A DNA stretch of 64,000 bases from Gammaproteobacteria bacterium (GCA_030425645.1 JAUHZK010000002.1:192487-256486), one strand, 5' to 3'; counted from the stretch's first letter, positions 22,505 through 32,430 are shown. Numbers and translations: made by a program. The notes: a model not told the origin generated them from the sequence alone.

Positions 22505-22697
22505 CTCATCACCTGCGGTGTACGACAGGTTTGTCATAAACCCTTGAGCCTATTCACCGATACAGGGACTTGTCGGGGATGTGCGGTGTGCATGGCCGTT
22601 ATTTATGCGGTAAGCCTATGCCTCCCAATTTCAGGTCCCGCCTTGAACTTAACTGGTTCAAGGATATTGGCAACCAACGGCACAGGCGGGTGATGCT
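22505..22697 (+). ncRNA. ssrS: 6S RNA (SsrS) candidate between zapA and the 5-formyl-THF cyclo-ligase gene
   Basis: Conserved zapA-ssrS-ygfA synteny. The 3' portion cgCCUUGAACuuaacuGGUUCAAGGauauuggcaaccaacGGCacaGGCGGGUGAUGcuuucc closely parallels the E. coli 6S RNA 3' region (CCUUGAACCAAGGGUUCAAGG...GCCUGCGGCGGCAUC). The 5' CUCAUCACCUGC can pair with the 3' GCGGGUGAUG to form the closing stem. Ends are approximate. Confidence 0.65.
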
Positions 22698-23271
22698 TTC
22701 CTCCAACTCAAAAACAGACCTGCGTAAGCAGGGGCGCAGCGCTCGACGATCGCTAACAAGACCGCAACGCCGCCTCGCCGCGCGACGTCTTAACCAACGT
22801 CTAACGCCACTATTGCATCGCGGCCATCGTATTGGCCTTTATCTGCACTTTGATGGCGAGCCCGACCTACTCCCCTGCCTTAAACAGCTTTGTCGACGTG
22901 GCAAGCAAGTTTATGTGCCACAACTTCGGCCACAAGGGATGCGCTTTGTACCACTGCGGGCGCTGCGGCGGGCACGCGTAAACCATTACGGCATTATTGA
23001 ACCCAATCGCCACAGCCCCAGCGTCAGCAGCAAACGGCTACAAGCGGTGGTATTGCCCTTAACGGCGTACGACTTAAACGGGCAACGTCTCGGCATGGGT
23101 GCGGGTTACTACGACCGCGAACTTAGTTGGCGATCAAGCCGCACACATTGGCGCGGCCCGCTACTGATTGGCAGTGCTTGGTCCTGCCAAGCAGCCCAAC
23201 AAATACCAACCGAAAGCTGGGACATCCCGCTCAATCGACTTTGCAACGAACAGCAAACGCTGCGTTTTTAG
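22693..23271 (+). CDS. ygfA: 5-formyltetrahydrofolate cyclo-ligase
   Basis: GMGAGYYDR motif and conserved position after ssrS. The start is trimmed to the internal Met (MLSSNS), because the upstream part of the ORF is occupied by the 6S RNA. Confidence 0.8.
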   Translation: MLSSNSKTDLRKQGRSARRSLTRPQRRLAARRLNQRLTPLLHRGHRIGLYLHFDGEPDLLPCLKQLCRRGKQVYVPQLRPQGMRFVPLRALRRARVNHYGIIEPNRHSPSVSSKRLQAVVLPLTAYDLNGQRLGMGAGYYDRELSWRSSRTHWRGPLLIGSAWSCQAAQQIPTESWDIPLNRLCNEQQTLRF

Positions 23272-23280
23272 GAAATAACT

Positions 23281-23745
23281 ATGAACTATTGGCTTATGAA
23301 ATCCGAACCCGACGTATTTGGCATCGACCATCTCGCCGCCATGCCCAACCAAACCGAGCATTGGGATGGGGTTCGCAATTATCAAGCCCGCAATATGATG
23401 CGCGACGATATGAAAGTGGGCGATCAAGTGCTGTTTTACCACTCAAACACGGACGTGCCGGGCGTAGTTGGTTTAGCGGAAGTGGTGAAAGAGGGTTACC
23501 CAGATCACACCGCGTTTGATCCAGAGCAAAAATACTACGATGCCAAATCGGATCCTGAGAACCCACGCTGGTTTATGGTGGATATAAAACTGCTACGAAA
23601 ACTCAAACGCACCATTTCTTTGCATGAGCTAAAAGAGTATGCCGAAGGCCCACTAGAAGGCTTTCGCCTACTCGGCAAAGGCAATCGACTATCGGTTATG
23701 CCGGTTGAGAAAGAGTATTGGGACTTCGTTCTCGGGCTCGAGTAA
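23281..23745 (+). CDS. EVE (PUA-like) domain protein
   Basis: MNYWLMKSEPDVFGIDHL...WDGVRNYQARNMMRDDMKVGDQVLFYHS is the EVE-domain signature. Commonly follows ygfA. Confidence 0.85.
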   Translation: MNYWLMKSEPDVFGIDHLAAMPNQTEHWDGVRNYQARNMMRDDMKVGDQVLFYHSNTDVPGVVGLAEVVKEGYPDHTAFDPEQKYYDAKSDPENPRWFMVDIKLLRKLKRTISLHELKEYAEGPLEGFRLLGKGNRLSVMPVEKEYWDFVLGLE

Positions 23746-23762
23746 CACCGAGAACTCAGTCA

Positions 23763-25331
23763 CTATAAAAATAGTTGTGCGGCGGGATTATCCGTTTCTT
23801 CAGTAAGCGGATAACCGATGGCCGACAAGGACTCGCGCAACGCTGTGCGCTCACCTTTAGCCACCTGCAAACCCACCAATACACGGCCGTAGGCAGCGCC
23901 ATGGTTACGGTAGTGGAACAAGCTAATATTCCACTGCTGACCAATTCCCTTAAGAAACTCTAACAACGCACCGGGACGTTCCGGGAACTCAAAGCGAAAC
24001 AGCATTTCTTCGATGCCATCACACTGCGGTGCCAAGCCGCCAACCATATAACGGACATGCAGCTTGGCCATCTCGTTATCGGTCATATCAACCACGGCAT
24101 AGTCGGCGTCGGCCAACTTCGACAGTACCTGTTGCTTCTCTTCCGCTTCAGCCAAGGCCAAGCCAACAAAAATCTGCGCCTTATCGGCATGGCTATAGCG
24201 ATAATTAAATTCGGTAATCGCTCGCTTACCTAGCAGGCTACAAAACCGCTTAAAACTGCCCGGTTTCTCAGGAATTTCCACCGCCAACAAGGCCTCTCTT
24301 GCCTCACCCAATTCCGCACGCTCGGAAACATGACGTAAGCGATGAAAGTTGATATTCGCGCCGGACTCAATCGCCACTAACTTGCGGTTCTCTAGCTGCT
24401 TTTCCTGCGCATATTTTTTCAAACCAGCAACGGCTAAGGCACCGGCGGGTTCTGCAATTGAACGGGTATCGTCGAATACATCAGCAATCGCGGCACAAAT
24501 TTGGTCGACCGACACCAGTACCACTTCATCTACATAGTGGCGTGCCAAATCGAAGGTTTTCTTACCAATCTGCTTAACCGCAACGCCGTCGGCAAATAAG
24601 CCAACATTCTTCAAGCTAACTCGCCGCTTAGCCGCTAATGCATCATGCAAGGTCGGGGCATCCTCAGGCTCAACGCCAATGACCTTGACCCCCGGGCGCA
24701 GGTACTTGATATAAGCCGCGACACCAGCAATTAAACCACCGCCGCCGACGGGTACAAATACGGCATCCAAGTCACTTGGCGCCTGCTCCAAAATCTCGCG
24801 ACCGATGGTGCCTTGACCCGCAATAACCTGCTCATCGTCATAGGGATGCACATAGGTCGCTCCGGTAGTCGTTACCAACTCTTGAGCATGAGCGCTGGCG
24901 TCGTCAAAAGCATCGCCATGCAATACCACTCTGGCGCCTAAATTGCGTACGTTCTGGACTTTAATTTCCGGGGTGGTCCGCGGCATCACAATGGTGGCTT
25001 TAATCGCCAACGTCTGCGCCGACAAGGCAACACCCTGCGCATGGTTACCTGCGGACGCACAAACCACACCTTTTGCGCGTTCTGCCTCAGTAAGCTGCGA
25101 CATGCGGTTGTAGGCGCCGCGCAATTTAAAAGAAAACACGGGCTGCAGGTCTTCGCGTTTCAGCCAGACTTGGTTGTTTAAACGCCCCGACAATACTGGC
25201 GCAGCGTCCAATGGCGTGCGTTCAGCTACGTCGTACACACGCGCATCTAATATTTGTTTAACAACGGAATCTAGCTTCACGGCTTGCCGCCCTTCCCCGC
25301 ATTTCGGACAATAGAACATTCTGCTGCCCAT
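23763..25331 (-). CDS. ilvA: Threonine dehydratase, biosynthetic (long form with two ACT-like regulatory domains)
   Basis: 522 aa. The PLP-lysine motif [10 protein letters not shown] and a glycine-rich loop are present. The C-terminal regulatory region fits a biosynthetic type. Confidence 0.9.
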   Translation of the reverse strand: MGSRMFYCPKCGEGRQAVKLDSVVKQILDARVYDVAERTPLDAAPVLSGRLNNQVWLKREDLQPVFSFKLRGAYNRMSQLTEAERAKGVVCASAGNHAQGVALSAQTLAIKATIVMPRTTPEIKVQNVRNLGARVVLHGDAFDDASAHAQELVTTTGATYVHPYDDEQVIAGQGTIGREILEQAPSDLDAVFVPVGGGGLIAGVAAYIKYLRPGVKVIGVEPEDAPTLHDALAAKRRVSLKNVGLFADGVAVKQIGKKTFDLARHYVDEVVLVSVDQICAAIADVFDDTRSIAEPAGALAVAGLKKYAQEKQLENRKLVAIESGANINFHRLRHVSERAELGEAREALLAVEIPEKPGSFKRFCSLLGKRAITEFNYRYSHADKAQIFVGLALAEAEEKQQVLSKLADADYAVVDMTDNEMAKLHVRYMVGGLAPQCDGIEEMLFRFEFPERPGALLEFLKGIGQQWNISLFHYRNHGAAYGRVLVGLQVAKGERTALRESLSAIGYPLTEETDNPAAQLFL

Positions 25332-25373
25332 ACCGTGAGCAGCAAACTCAATTTACCACAGGAAATCAGGCAC

Positions 25374-26042
25374 TTGAGCGCAGAATCTTCTATTGATGTT
25401 CAAAAACGCATCGCCGCGGAGGCCGCAATTGCGGAAATTGAAGACGGCCAAATCATTGGCGTCGGCACCGGTTCTACCGTCAACTATTTTATTGACGCAC
25501 TAGCCGATCATAAACACCGCATTGACGGCGCGGTTTCTAGCTCCGAGGCGAGCACCGCACGACTAAAAGCCATTGGCATTCCCGTGCTAGAACTGAACTA
25601 CACCGGCGACATTGAGTTGTACATTGATGGCGCAGACGAAGCCACCCGCAGCCTGCAACTGATTAAAGGCGGCGGCGCCGCGCTAACAAGAGAAAAAATC
25701 GTTGCTGCCGCCTCTAAGCGCTTTGTCTGCATTGCTGATGCCAGCAAGCTGGTAAATACCCTCGGCGCTTTCCCCTTGCCGGTTGAAGTGATCCCAATGG
25801 CCCGTAGCTTGGTGGCACGTAAATTGGTCGAGCTCGGCGGCCAGCCGGAATGGCGTGAAGACGTCACCACCGATAACGGCAACCTGATTCTCGACGTCTA
25901 CAACCTAGACCTCACGGATGCCAGCAGCATGGAAACGCAAATCAACCAGATTCCGGGCGTTGTCACTTGCGGACTGTTTGCCCACCGTGGCGCAGATAAG
26001 CTGATTCTAGGTACCGACAATGGCATTGAGGTGATTGAATAA
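25374..26042 (+). CDS. rpiA: Ribose-5-phosphate isomerase A
   Basis: Motifs [19 protein letters not shown] and VIPMARS match E. coli RpiA. The start is set at an in-frame TTG (25374) preceded by GGAAA. The longer ATG start at 25284 would overlap the divergent ilvA start by 48 nt. The start codon is uncertain. Confidence 0.8.
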   Translation: MSAESSIDVQKRIAAEAAIAEIEDGQIIGVGTGSTVNYFIDALADHKHRIDGAVSSSEASTARLKAIGIPVLELNYTGDIELYIDGADEATRSLQLIKGGGAALTREKIVAAASKRFVCIADASKLVNTLGAFPLPVEVIPMARSLVARKLVELGGQPEWREDVTTDNGNLILDVYNLDLTDASSMETQINQIPGVVTCGLFAHRGADKLILGTDNGIEVIE

Positions 26043-26902
26043 TGAGCGCCCAGATTATTGATGGCAAAACCATTGCCGCCAGCGTCAAAAGCGAGATCGG
26101 GGCACGTGTTCAAGAACGCCTAGATGCCGGCAAACGCGCACCCGGCTTAGCCGTTGTCTTGGTAGGCGAAAACCCGGCCTCGCAGGTTTACGTAAATAAC
26201 AAACGCAAAAGTTGCGAAGCGCTTAATTTTGTTTCTCGCGCTTATGACCTGCCCGCAAGTACAGCTGAAGTCGACTTGATTACCCTAATCGACGAACTCA
26301 ATGCCGACGATGAGATTGACGGTATTTTGGTACAGCTACCACTGCCGGACCACATCGACGGCGACACCGTACTAGAGCGTATTTCGCCGGAAAAAGATGT
26401 TGACGGCTTCCACCCATACAACATCGGCCACTTGGCGCAGAAGAACCCCTTGCTCCGCCCCTGCACGCCTTATGGCGTGATGAAAATGCTTGAACACTGT
26501 GAGATCGACCCCTGCGGCATGGACGCCGTTATCGTTGGCGCATCGAACATTGTTGGCCGCCCGATGATGATGGAGCTATTACTAGCGCGAGCCACCACTA
26601 CCGTATGCCACAGTAAAACCCGAGATCTTGCCGAAAAAGTCGCGCAAGCCGATATCGTGGTGGCTGCGGTTGGTATTCCTGAGTTTGTAAAAGGCGACTG
26701 GATCAAACCCGGTGCGGTAGTGATTGATGTCGGCATCAACCGCCTCGACAGCGGCAAACTCTGTGGTGATGTGGAGTTTGAAGCCGCCAGCCAACAAGCA
26801 AGTTGGATTACGCCCGTTCCCGGCGGTGTTGGTCAAATGACAGTAGCGATGTTGCTTGCCAATACGCTACAGGCTTGCGAGGCCCGAGAGGCGACCCAAT
26901 AA
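26042..26902 (+). CDS. folD: Bifunctional methylenetetrahydrofolate dehydrogenase / methenyl-THF cyclohydrolase
   Basis: 286 aa. [19 protein letters not shown] start and GxSxxxGxP family motifs. Confidence 0.92.
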   Translation: MSAQIIDGKTIAASVKSEIGARVQERLDAGKRAPGLAVVLVGENPASQVYVNNKRKSCEALNFVSRAYDLPASTAEVDLITLIDELNADDEIDGILVQLPLPDHIDGDTVLERISPEKDVDGFHPYNIGHLAQKNPLLRPCTPYGVMKMLEHCEIDPCGMDAVIVGASNIVGRPMMMELLLARATTTVCHSKTRDLAEKVAQADIVVAAVGIPEFVKGDWIKPGAVVIDVGINRLDSGKLCGDVEFEAASQQASWITPVPGGVGQMTVAMLLANTLQACEAREATQ

Positions 26903-26937
26903 CGGGTCGTCTAGTCATCGTCTGGCCAGCGGGTCGT

Positions 26938-27528
26938 TTAGCCTTTTACCAAAATCATATCGACAACTTCTTCTGCAAGCTTGTCGATACCTAGGTCACC
27001 ATCGCCCTTAAACCACTGCGATGTCCAATTGATAGCGCCAAGCCATAGGCGTACAAGCAGTTTCGGGTCGCCCTGCTTAACCACGCCCTGATCCATTGCA
27101 CGCAGCATGACGTCGCGGCAGAGGGACTCATATTTATCACGCAGTTGAACCACTTGGTTACGCTGGTCCTCAGGCAAACTACGCCACTCATATAACAACG
27201 AAGCCAAGGAAGCCTGCGTATTGCTCAACAAAGTGCGCAAGTGGGTACGAGTCATAATAATCAGCTCGTCACGCGGGTCTGAACAGGCCTCAAGCTCTAA
27301 TCGCACTGCACCGGTTAGATCATCAATGCCACGGCGCATAACTTCGTACAGAATCTCACCTTTGCTAGAAAAGTGATAAAACAAGCTCCCAGATTGCATG
27401 CCCACCGCATCAGCTAAATCGCGAACCGTAGTGCGTTCGTATCCCTTTTCTCTGAAAAGTGCGGCTGCGGCTTCAACCAAAGCGTCGCGAGACGGACGTT
27501 GAGCGTCGGCGGAGGTGATTCTGGCCAT
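26938..27528 (-). CDS. TetR-family transcriptional regulator
   Basis: N-terminal HTH (RTTVRDLADAVGMQSGSLFYHFSSKGEIL), 196 aa. Confidence 0.8.
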   Translation of the reverse strand: MARITSADAQRPSRDALVEAAAALFREKGYERTTVRDLADAVGMQSGSLFYHFSSKGEILYEVMRRGIDDLTGAVRLELEACSDPRDELIIMTRTHLRTLLSNTQASLASLLYEWRSLPEDQRNQVVQLRDKYESLCRDVMLRAMDQGVVKQGDPKLLVRLWLGAINWTSQWFKGDGDLGIDKLAEEVVDMILVKG

Positions 27529-27724
27529 AACTGTTTGCTAGCTTCTGAAAAACAATAATGCGTAAATTATAGCAAGCGCTCGGTAGGCAGCCTATCGAAC
27601 AAGGCCCGAATCTCAGAAAAACCTAGCTAATCGCAAATAAGACCTTGACAGGCTGCCCGCAGATAATAAAATGCGCGCCTCTTCTGCAGGGCACGCAATA
27701 ATCGTGGCGCCCGCTGTCTAGAAA

Positions 27725-27801
27725 GGCGATATAGCTCAGTTGGTTAGAGCGACGCATTCATAATGCGTAGGTCCCAGGTTCAAGTCCCGGTATCGCCACC
27801 A
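27725..27801 (+). tRNA. tRNA-Met (anticodon CAU, elongator-like). Lysidine-modified tRNA-Ile2 cannot be excluded.
   Basis: GGCGAUAUAGCUCAGUUGGUUAGAGC...GCAUUCAUAAUGC anticodon loop...GGUUCAAGUCCCGGUAUCGCCACCA. The acceptor stem GGCGAUA/UAUCGCC and the CCA are encoded. Confidence 0.9.
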
Positions 27802-27848
27802 TCTCCTTACCGTATAAAACCTTCTTAACGCTTTATTTGTGCAGCGTA

Positions 27849-28208
27849 CTAGGTTCTGGCCTTTTCAATGGCACGGCGCTGTAGAGCCGCCCTCACCTTG
27901 CCTAAAAAGCGTGGTGAAACCGTTTCCGCGTTCTCCATCTTAGAAACATAGGCCTGAGTAATACCGAGCGCTTCCGCCAACTCTTTCTGCTTCAGGCCGG
28001 CGCGTTGCCGCATTAAGGTAACGGGGTTTCGGAATGGCATCGTGCCGAGCTGCTCGTCGTCTTCCATTGCTGAAGACACCGCGACGGACTGGCGCTGAGC
28101 ACCGTATTCCGCATCAATACGCTCGCGTAGCCGCTCGTACACGCTATAAGGGATGACCACAAACTGGTCACGCCCTGATAAGTCTTTAATGATTTGCGGT
28201 TGCTGCAT
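27849..28208 (-). CDS. XRE-family HTH protein, antitoxin-like (C-terminal HTH, N-terminal acidic region)
   Basis: LKQKELAEALGITQAYVSKMENAE is an XRE helix-turn-helix. No partner toxin ORF is adjacent. Confidence 0.6.
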   Translation of the reverse strand: MQQPQIIKDLSGRDQFVVIPYSVYERLRERIDAEYGAQRQSVAVSSAMEDDEQLGTMPFRNPVTLMRQRAGLKQKELAEALGITQAYVSKMENAETVSPRFLGKVRAALQRRAIEKART

Positions 28209-28284
28209 AACAAGGAGCTAACGATGGTTAAGATAGCTCCATTATAACCATACAACCCCGCTGGGTTATATTTTATAACAACAA

Positions 28285-29055
28285 TTAACGAACGATACCG
28301 CGAGAGCTCTGCTCAAGAAACTCCAACAGCACAGCCACTTCACCATCCGCCTCAACTAATTCAGCCAACTGAGATTTAGCCTCATCAAGCTTCAAGTTCG
28401 AGCGGTAAAGGATTCGGTAAGCCTTTTTGATGTTGCGAATTTGCTCAGAGGTGAAACCGCGGCGACGTAGACCTTCTGAGTTAATGCCATAAGGTTTCGC
28501 TGGATTCTGAGCAACCGTCACGTACGGCGGCACATCCTGGTGCAAGCCGGAATCAAACCCTAGGAAGGCGTGATCTCCAATCTTACAGAATTGGTGAATC
28601 TTGGAATAACCACCACAGATCACCCAATCACCAACGATCACATGTCCTGCCAAGGCGGCGTTATTGGCCAAAATACAGTTGTTGCCGATTACACAGTCGT
28701 GCGCGATGTGTACGTAAGCCATCACCCAGTTGTCATTACCAAGCTTGGTTGTGCCAATATCTTGAACGGTACCGCGATTGAAGGTGCAAAATTCGCGAAT
28801 GGTATTGCGATCGCCTATTTCTAATAAGGTCGGCTCGCCAGCATATTTTTTATCTTGTGGCGCTTCACCAATCGAACTGAACTGATAGATATGATTCTCT
28901 TTACCAATTCTTGTTGGTCCCTTAATCACCACATGTGATCCAATCACCGTGTCGTCACCAATTTCTACGTCAGCACCAATAATGCTGTAGGCCCCAACCT
29001 CTACGTTAGCGCCCAGTTTGGCGGCCGGATCAATAATCGCGGTCTCGTGGATCAT
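28285..29055 (-). CDS. lpxA: Acyl-ACP--UDP-N-acetylglucosamine O-acyltransferase
   Basis: 256 aa hexapeptide-repeat protein. MIHETAIIDPAAKLGANVEVGAYSIIGADVEIGDDTVIGSHVVIKGPTRIG is the canonical LpxA N-terminus. Confidence 0.92.
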   Translation of the reverse strand: MIHETAIIDPAAKLGANVEVGAYSIIGADVEIGDDTVIGSHVVIKGPTRIGKENHIYQFSSIGEAPQDKKYAGEPTLLEIGDRNTIREFCTFNRGTVQDIGTTKLGNDNWVMAYVHIAHDCVIGNNCILANNAALAGHVIVGDWVICGGYSKIHQFCKIGDHAFLGFDSGLHQDVPPYVTVAQNPAKPYGINSEGLRRRGFTSEQIRNIKKAYRILYRSNLKLDEAKSQLAELVEADGEVAVLLEFLEQSSRGIVR

Positions 29056-29519
29056 GCCTCAATCTCCTTAGCGGCACACATCAATTCAGCTTTGGTCACG
29101 AGCACGCCATCAACATAGCTCTCGCCCTTGAAGCTCCATAAATTTTTTCGGCATTTAACAACCGATACGGTATGTCGTAACTGATCACCCGGCAACACTG
29201 GCTTTTTAAAACGAGCGCCATCAATAGCAGTGAAATAGTAACGGTATTTTTCCGGCGCCTCGTTACGGCTAGACACCGCGAGCACGCAAGCCGCTTGGGC
29301 CATCGACTCTAAAATCAAAACACCCGGCATCACCGGGTCTTCAGGGAAATGCCCAGTAAAGAAAGGCTCATTAATGGTGACATTCTTAAGCGCCACAATA
29401 CGCTTGCCCGGCTCCAAATCGGTTACCCGATCGAGCAAAATAAATGGATAACGATGCGGAATAAGGCGCATCAAATCCTTGATACCCAGCTGTCCCATCT
29501 GCTGCGATAAACCAGACAT
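29052..29519 (-). CDS. fabZ: 3-hydroxyacyl-ACP dehydratase
   Basis: 155 aa. HRYPFLLxDRV-like motif (LIPHRYPFILLDRV) and HFPxxPVMPG (GHFPEDPVMPG). Confidence 0.93.
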   Translation of the reverse strand: MSGLSQQMGQLGIKDLMRLIPHRYPFILLDRVTDLEPGKRIVALKNVTINEPFFTGHFPEDPVMPGVLILESMAQAACVLAVSSRNEAPEKYRYYFTAIDGARFKKPVLPGDQLRHTVSVVKCRKNLWSFKGESYVDGVLVTKAELMCAAKEIEA

Positions 29520-30607
29520 TATTTCTCCTGATCCTTGTCTGCCACTAGTGTTGCCAATTGCTTCTCTAGCTGCTTTAACTTTTTATTGGTTTCGTCTAGC
29601 TGGCGCAATCTAGCCATGCTGCGTCGCCACTGCCCCGTCGTCATTTGCGGTACGCCACCGGAGTAGCTACCTCTTTCTTCAATCGTATTGAGCACCATCG
29701 TTCGCGCGGTCAGCATAGTCCCGTCAGCCACTTTGATATGACCGGCAATGCCGACATTGCCACCGGAAACAACATGCTTGCCTACGGTAGCACTACCGGC
29801 AATAGCTGTTTGTGCTGCCATAACCGTATACGCCCCAATACGCACGTTATGTGCGACCTGAATATGGTTATCCAGCTTGACACCTTTTTCGATCACCGTG
29901 TCGCCCAAGGTACCGCGATCAATACAGCAATTGGCACCAATGTCGACATGGTCTTCAATCACGACCGTGCCCAACTGCGGCACTTTCACCCAGTCGCCAT
30001 TCTCGGGAGCCCAACCGAAACCATCAGCGCCAACAACTGTGCCGCTATGAATACGAACATGTGCGCCAATTTTAACTTGGTGGTACACCGTCACATTGGC
30101 CTCTAGCACGCTGTCGCGGCCAATCGAGGCATCTACGCCGACTACCGAATTGGCACCGATTCTAGCGCCTGCTGCCACCACGGCACCCTGTCTAATCTGG
30201 GCACCCGCAGCCACATGCGCTTTCTCATCAACCAGGGCGTCTGGATGAATTTCGGCGTTAGCTGAAATGCCTTCCGCTGCCACCGGCGTACAATCGAACA
30301 AGGCCGCTATTTTGGCAAACGCTGCATAAGGGTTGCTATGCACGAGGCCGTTTTTACCAAGCTGCGTTAGGGTCTCAGCATCGCTTTCAGCCAGCACCAC
30401 CGCCTGCAACTGCGTCGTCGCCAGCTGATCTCTGTACTTAGGGTTAGATAGGAAGCCTATTTCTTCGGCCGTGCCGTCACCTAGAGTATTAACTCCAGTG
30501 ATCGAAAACTCGGCATCGCCCACCACAGCCGCACCGGTTAGTTCGGCCAACTGAGCAAGCTTGTAGGTACTTTGTGGGGCCTTTGGGGCGGCCATTACAT
30601 CTCCCAA
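29519..30607 (-). CDS. lpxD: UDP-3-O-(3-hydroxyacyl)glucosamine N-acyltransferase
   Basis: 362 aa left-handed beta-helix protein with a C-terminal coiled-coil extension. The N-terminal domain matches LpxD. Confidence 0.88.
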   Translation of the reverse strand: MGDVMAAPKAPQSTYKLAQLAELTGAAVVGDAEFSITGVNTLGDGTAEEIGFLSNPKYRDQLATTQLQAVVLAESDAETLTQLGKNGLVHSNPYAAFAKIAALFDCTPVAAEGISANAEIHPDALVDEKAHVAAGAQIRQGAVVAAGARIGANSVVGVDASIGRDSVLEANVTVYHQVKIGAHVRIHSGTVVGADGFGWAPENGDWVKVPQLGTVVIEDHVDIGANCCIDRGTLGDTVIEKGVKLDNHIQVAHNVRIGAYTVMAAQTAIAGSATVGKHVVSGGNVGIAGHIKVADGTMLTARTMVLNTIEERGSYSGGVPQMTTGQWRRSMARLRQLDETNKKLKQLEKQLATLVADKDQEK

Positions 30608-30684
30608 TTATTCTATGTCGCCAAAAGCAGAGCTTTTGCGGCTGATTGCTGCGTGTATTTTAACCCGAAGCCCCCTAAATAACG

Positions 30685-31596
30685 CTATTTAGGCGGCGAT
30701 TCTTCACCATCGGCCTCGTGCATATGTTCAAGCATATGGCTCGCTAGCAGCGGCAGCGCCTTAGGTGGCAACTCATGACCAAGGCCATCAACCAGAATCA
30801 ATTTGGCGCCCTCTACCTGCCGGGCCACGTCCTTACTGCCGGCCGGGTGCACCAAAGGGTCGGCCGTACCATGCATAGCCAAGGTCGGCACGCTGATCTT
30901 TCTCAGCCGCAACACACGGCTTCCATCGTTCAACAAAGCCCGAAACTGGCGGGTAGAGCCTTGTGGGTAGTAGCCCCGCTCGTAAATACGTTTAGCCCAC
31001 TTTAATAACTCGCCTTTGACACGAGGAAAGCTCGGGCTCGCGTACAACTTCCAACCTTCAGCCATATGTTGCAATACATCAGCCTTTTGATCGGACTTAG
31101 CGGAACGGCCCAAGCGGAGAATGCATTTCATTTTGCCCAGCGGCACGCGTCGACTGCCGGATGAAGACATGAAACTAATGAGTGAACGGGTGCGTTGCGG
31201 ATAATGCACAGCAACCAGCTGCGCAATCATGCCGCCCATTGAGGCACCAATAATATGCGCCTTATCGATCTTAAGCGCATCTAACAAGCCTACGGCATCG
31301 TCGGCCATATCTTGCAAGGTATAAGGTGAGGCGACTACCCGCCCTAGAAACGAGCTAATAAAGGTGCGCTTACTGACGGCCCAGTTCTGGCCATCTTCAA
31401 ACTTAGTCGACAGACCGGCATCACGATTGTCAAAACGAATCACGCGATAACCGCCCTTCACCAGCATTTCAACAAACGCATCTGGCCAAGAAATAAGCTG
31501 CGCGCCTAAGCCCATGATCAGTAGAACGGCTGGCGAGTCCTCAGCACCAAAGCTTTCATAACAAAGCTCAATGCCATTAGCCTGGGCAAATGGCAC
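30685..31596 (-). CDS. Alpha/beta-fold hydrolase
   Basis: 303 aa. GASMGG nucleophile elbow (GxSxG), typical 2-hydroxymuconic-semialdehyde-hydrolase/esterase-like fold. ATGA-type overlap with the upstream exbD. Confidence 0.75.
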   Translation of the reverse strand: MPFAQANGIELCYESFGAEDSPAVLLIMGLGAQLISWPDAFVEMLVKGGYRVIRFDNRDAGLSTKFEDGQNWAVSKRTFISSFLGRVVASPYTLQDMADDAVGLLDALKIDKAHIIGASMGGMIAQLVAVHYPQRTRSLISFMSSSGSRRVPLGKMKCILRLGRSAKSDQKADVLQHMAEGWKLYASPSFPRVKGELLKWAKRIYERGYYPQGSTRQFRALLNDGSRVLRLRKISVPTLAMHGTADPLVHPAGSKDVARQVEGAKLILVDGLGHELPPKALPLLASHMLEHMHEADGEESPPK

Positions 31597-31598
31597 CT

Positions 31599-32060
31599 TT
31601 ACTTATTCTCGGTCGCCAAGGCAATGTTAGTGATGCCCGCGGCGCGCGCGGCATCCATGATGGCCACTAGCTTTTTATTAGTGGATTTCTGATCGGCTTG
31701 AATAACCACAGAACCCTGCGGGTTTTCCGCGTGCAGGCGTTCGAGTACCGCGCGGATCGAGCGCTCATCAACTCGACGACGGTCAATCCAAATTTCATCG
31801 GTGTTGCTAATTGCAACAAAAATGTTGGCGCGGTCTTGTTTCTGCGCAGTGCTGGCTTCGGGCTTATCAACCTCAATACCGGACTCCTTCACAAAGGATG
31901 CAGTCACGATAAAAAAGATCAACATGATGAACACCACATCCAACATGGGCGTTAAATCGATCGCCGATTCTTCTTCTGCTTGGCTTCTAGCAAGGCTTTT
32001 GCGCATGGTCTCACTCGTAACGCGTTGTATTTCGAGCAATAATGCCGGTATTAGAAGCAA
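31599..32060 (-). CDS. exbD: ExbD/TolR-family biopolymer transport protein (orphan)
   Basis: AIDLTPMLDVVFIMLIFFIVTASF is the ExbD/TolR transmembrane signature. The real start may be the internal MRKSL (about 32006). No exbB or tonB is adjacent. Confidence 0.75.
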   Translation of the reverse strand: MLLIPALLLEIQRVTSETMRKSLARSQAEEESAIDLTPMLDVVFIMLIFFIVTASFVKESGIEVDKPEASTAQKQDRANIFVAISNTDEIWIDRRRVDERSIRAVLERLHAENPQGSVVIQADQKSTNKKLVAIMDAARAAGITNIALATENK

Positions 32061-32082
32061 TCAACAAGGCTCAGCCGCTCAC

Positions 32083-32430
32083 ATGCTCCATAGCGTACTC
32101 GTTCTTATCGCTTTTCAACTGCTTGGTGAATTTATACAGGCCAGTTTTGACCTACCCATTCATGGCGCTATTTGCGGCATGTTGCTGTTGCTGGTGGTAC
32201 TCATTATTCGTGGTCGAGTCTCTGCGCCGTTGCGCACCACCGCCAATAGTTTGTTCCAATACCTACCGCTGATTCTGATTCCACCCAGCGTTGGTGTCAT
32301 GACCCAATGGCAAGCACTCACCGCACAACCTTTCGCGTTGGGCGCTGTGATCGTATTAAGCACCGCGATCGGACTCGCCGTGAGCGGTTTCCTGTTTCAG
32401 CGCCTAGCACGTAAAGGGCCATCAGCATGA
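32083..32430 (+). CDS. lrgA: CidA/LrgA-family holin-like protein
   Basis: 115-aa product with four hydrophobic helices from the internal Met (MLHSVLVLIAFQLLGEFI...). Overlaps lrgB by 4 nt. The upstream part of the ORF-track ORF overlaps exbD and is rejected. Confidence 0.75.
   Translation: MLHSVLVLIAFQLLGEFIQASFDLPIHGAICGMLLLLVVLIIRGRVSAPLRTTANSLFQYLPLILIPPSVGVMTQWQALTAQPFALGAVIVLSTAIGLAVSGFLFQRLARKGPSA

Noticed and set aside
22570-22692. Longer 5' extension of the 5-formyl-THF cyclo-ligase ORF
   Set aside because: It runs through the predicted 6S RNA gene. The conserved enzyme core starts after the internal Met at 22693.
27529-28284. Integrated mobile element or genomic island at tRNA-Met
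   Set aside because: No integrase, transposase or phage genes, and no recognisable att direct repeat of the tRNA 3' end. Only a lone HTH gene is present, so it is reported as a finding and not called a mobile element.
31801-32082. N-terminal 94-codon extension of the lrgA ORF proposed by the ORF track
   Set aside because: It overlaps exbD on the opposite strand. The LrgA family is about 115-130 aa, and a hydrophobic LrgA-like sequence begins only at the internal Met (32083).
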